64,000 nucleotides of DNA from an uncultured Candidatus Saccharibacteria bacterium. GTDB taxonomy: Bacteria > Patescibacteriota > Saccharimonadia > Saccharimonadales > Saccharimonadaceae. The notes under the pieces were generated by a model. The model was given only the letters and a program-made list of their open reading frames with translations, was not told where the DNA came from and did no database searches. Location: NCBI GenBank assembly GCA_948623715.1, contig CAPHDI010000002.1, forward strand, positions 13,626 to 77,625, written 5' to 3'. Shown in pieces: positions 63,169 to 64,000 of the stretch. Both the position numbers and the translations under genes were made by a program. Position 1 is the first letter of the stretch. Each line of letters starts with the position of its first letter.

Positions 63169-64000
63169 CTATAATTCTCCCCAATTCTTCCCTGTACTTA
63201 CATCTACTTTTAACTTCACTGGCAATTCTGGCGCCACCCCCTCCATCTCCGCCTTCAGGATCCTCGCGATCTTCTCCGCCTGCGGCTCCTCACACTCAAT
63301 AATCAACGAATCATGCACCTGCATAATCATCTTCGCCCCCTCTGGCAAAACGTCATTCACTCTGATCATTGCTCGCTTCATCAGATCCGCCTCTGTCCCC
63401 TGGATCGGCATATTCTGTGCCGCTCGCTCCGCCCCAGTCCGAATCAAGAAATTACTCGACTTCACATCTGGTGTCGGCCTACGCCGCCCGAAATACGTCT
63501 CTACATACCCCATTTCTCGCGCCTGCGTCAGCACTCTCTCTAGATAGTCCTTGATCGGCTTCCGTAACTCGAAATAGTGGTCAATAAACTCCTTCGCCTC
63601 CATAATACTCATCCCCGCCGCCTGCGACAGCCCCTTCACGCTCATCCCGTAGAGAATCCCAAAGTTGATCACCTTCGCCGCCCGCCGCTGCGTCTTTGTC
63701 ACCTCCGTCATCGGCACTCCAAAGGCTTCCGCCGCCGTCTTCGTATGAATATCTATATCGCTATTGAAATCATCGATCAGTGCCTTATCTCCTGCCAGTG
63801 CCGCCGCCAGCCTTAGCTCAAACTGCGAATAATCCGCACTCACCAGTACATTGCCCTCCCCCGCGATAAACCCCGTCCGGATTCTCCGCCCTTCTTCCGT
63901 TCTGACCGGGATATTCTGCAAATTCGGATTCGTCGACGACAATCTCCCCGTCGCCGTCACATTTTGATTAAATGTCGTATGTACCCGCCCGTTCCTGTCT
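63169..64000 (-). CDS. polA: DNA polymerase I, C-terminal part (start outside window)
   Basis: TATGRLSS.NPNLQNIP, ADYSQFELR, AKVINFGILYG and QVHD motifs. Confidence 0.97.
   Translation of the reverse strand, partial: DRNGRVHTTFNQNVTATGRLSSTNPNLQNIPVRTEEGRRIRTGFIAGEGNVLVSADYSQFELRLAAALAGDKALIDDFNSDIDIHTKTAAEAFGVPMTEVTKTQRRAAKVINFGILYGMSVKGLSQAAGMSIMEAKEFIDHYFELRKPIKDYLERVLTQAREMGYVETYFGRRRPTPDVKSSNFLIRTGAERAAQNMPIQGTEADLMKRAMIRVNDVLPEGAKMIMQVHDSLIIECEEPQAEKIARILKAEMEGVAPELPVKLKVDVSTGKNWGEL

Overview
A 64-kb chromosomal segment from a small-genome bacterium, most likely Candidatus Saccharibacteria (TM7, CPR/Patescibacteria), judged from the 16S sequence, the unlinked rRNA and the gene content; standard code 11. 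Most genes lie on the minus strand: infB, rpsA, gyrAB, miaA, thrS, mutM, polA, a class F sortase and a VirD4-like ATPase. The infC-rpmI-rplT-rpmB cluster, comM and rpsT are on the plus strand. RNA genes are a stand-alone 16S rRNA, five tRNAs, tmRNA, RNase P RNA and a probable 6S RNA. The main result is a diversity-generating retroelement (DGR) at the left end. It comprises a reverse transcriptase (1-916, 5'-truncated), a 183-nt template repeat (1199-1381) with its own predicted promoter, and a convergent surface-protein target (3810-5507). The target's C-terminal variable repeat (3813-3995) differs from the template at 24 positions by my manual alignment, all template adenines. Around the DGR are a DUF3800/nuclease-like gene pair with a convergent small RNA, a mini-ORF that looks like the remnant of a second target, and GC palindromes; a non-diversified target paralog lies 44 kb away. 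Other signals: a ~550-nt unassigned structured RNA candidate, two related orphan sRNAs with complementary loops, a G12 tract inside a surface-gene promoter, a palindromic element inserted in frame in a membrane-protein gene, two clustered DNA motifs and two interrupted genes. All alignments and counts were done by eye; no database search was run.
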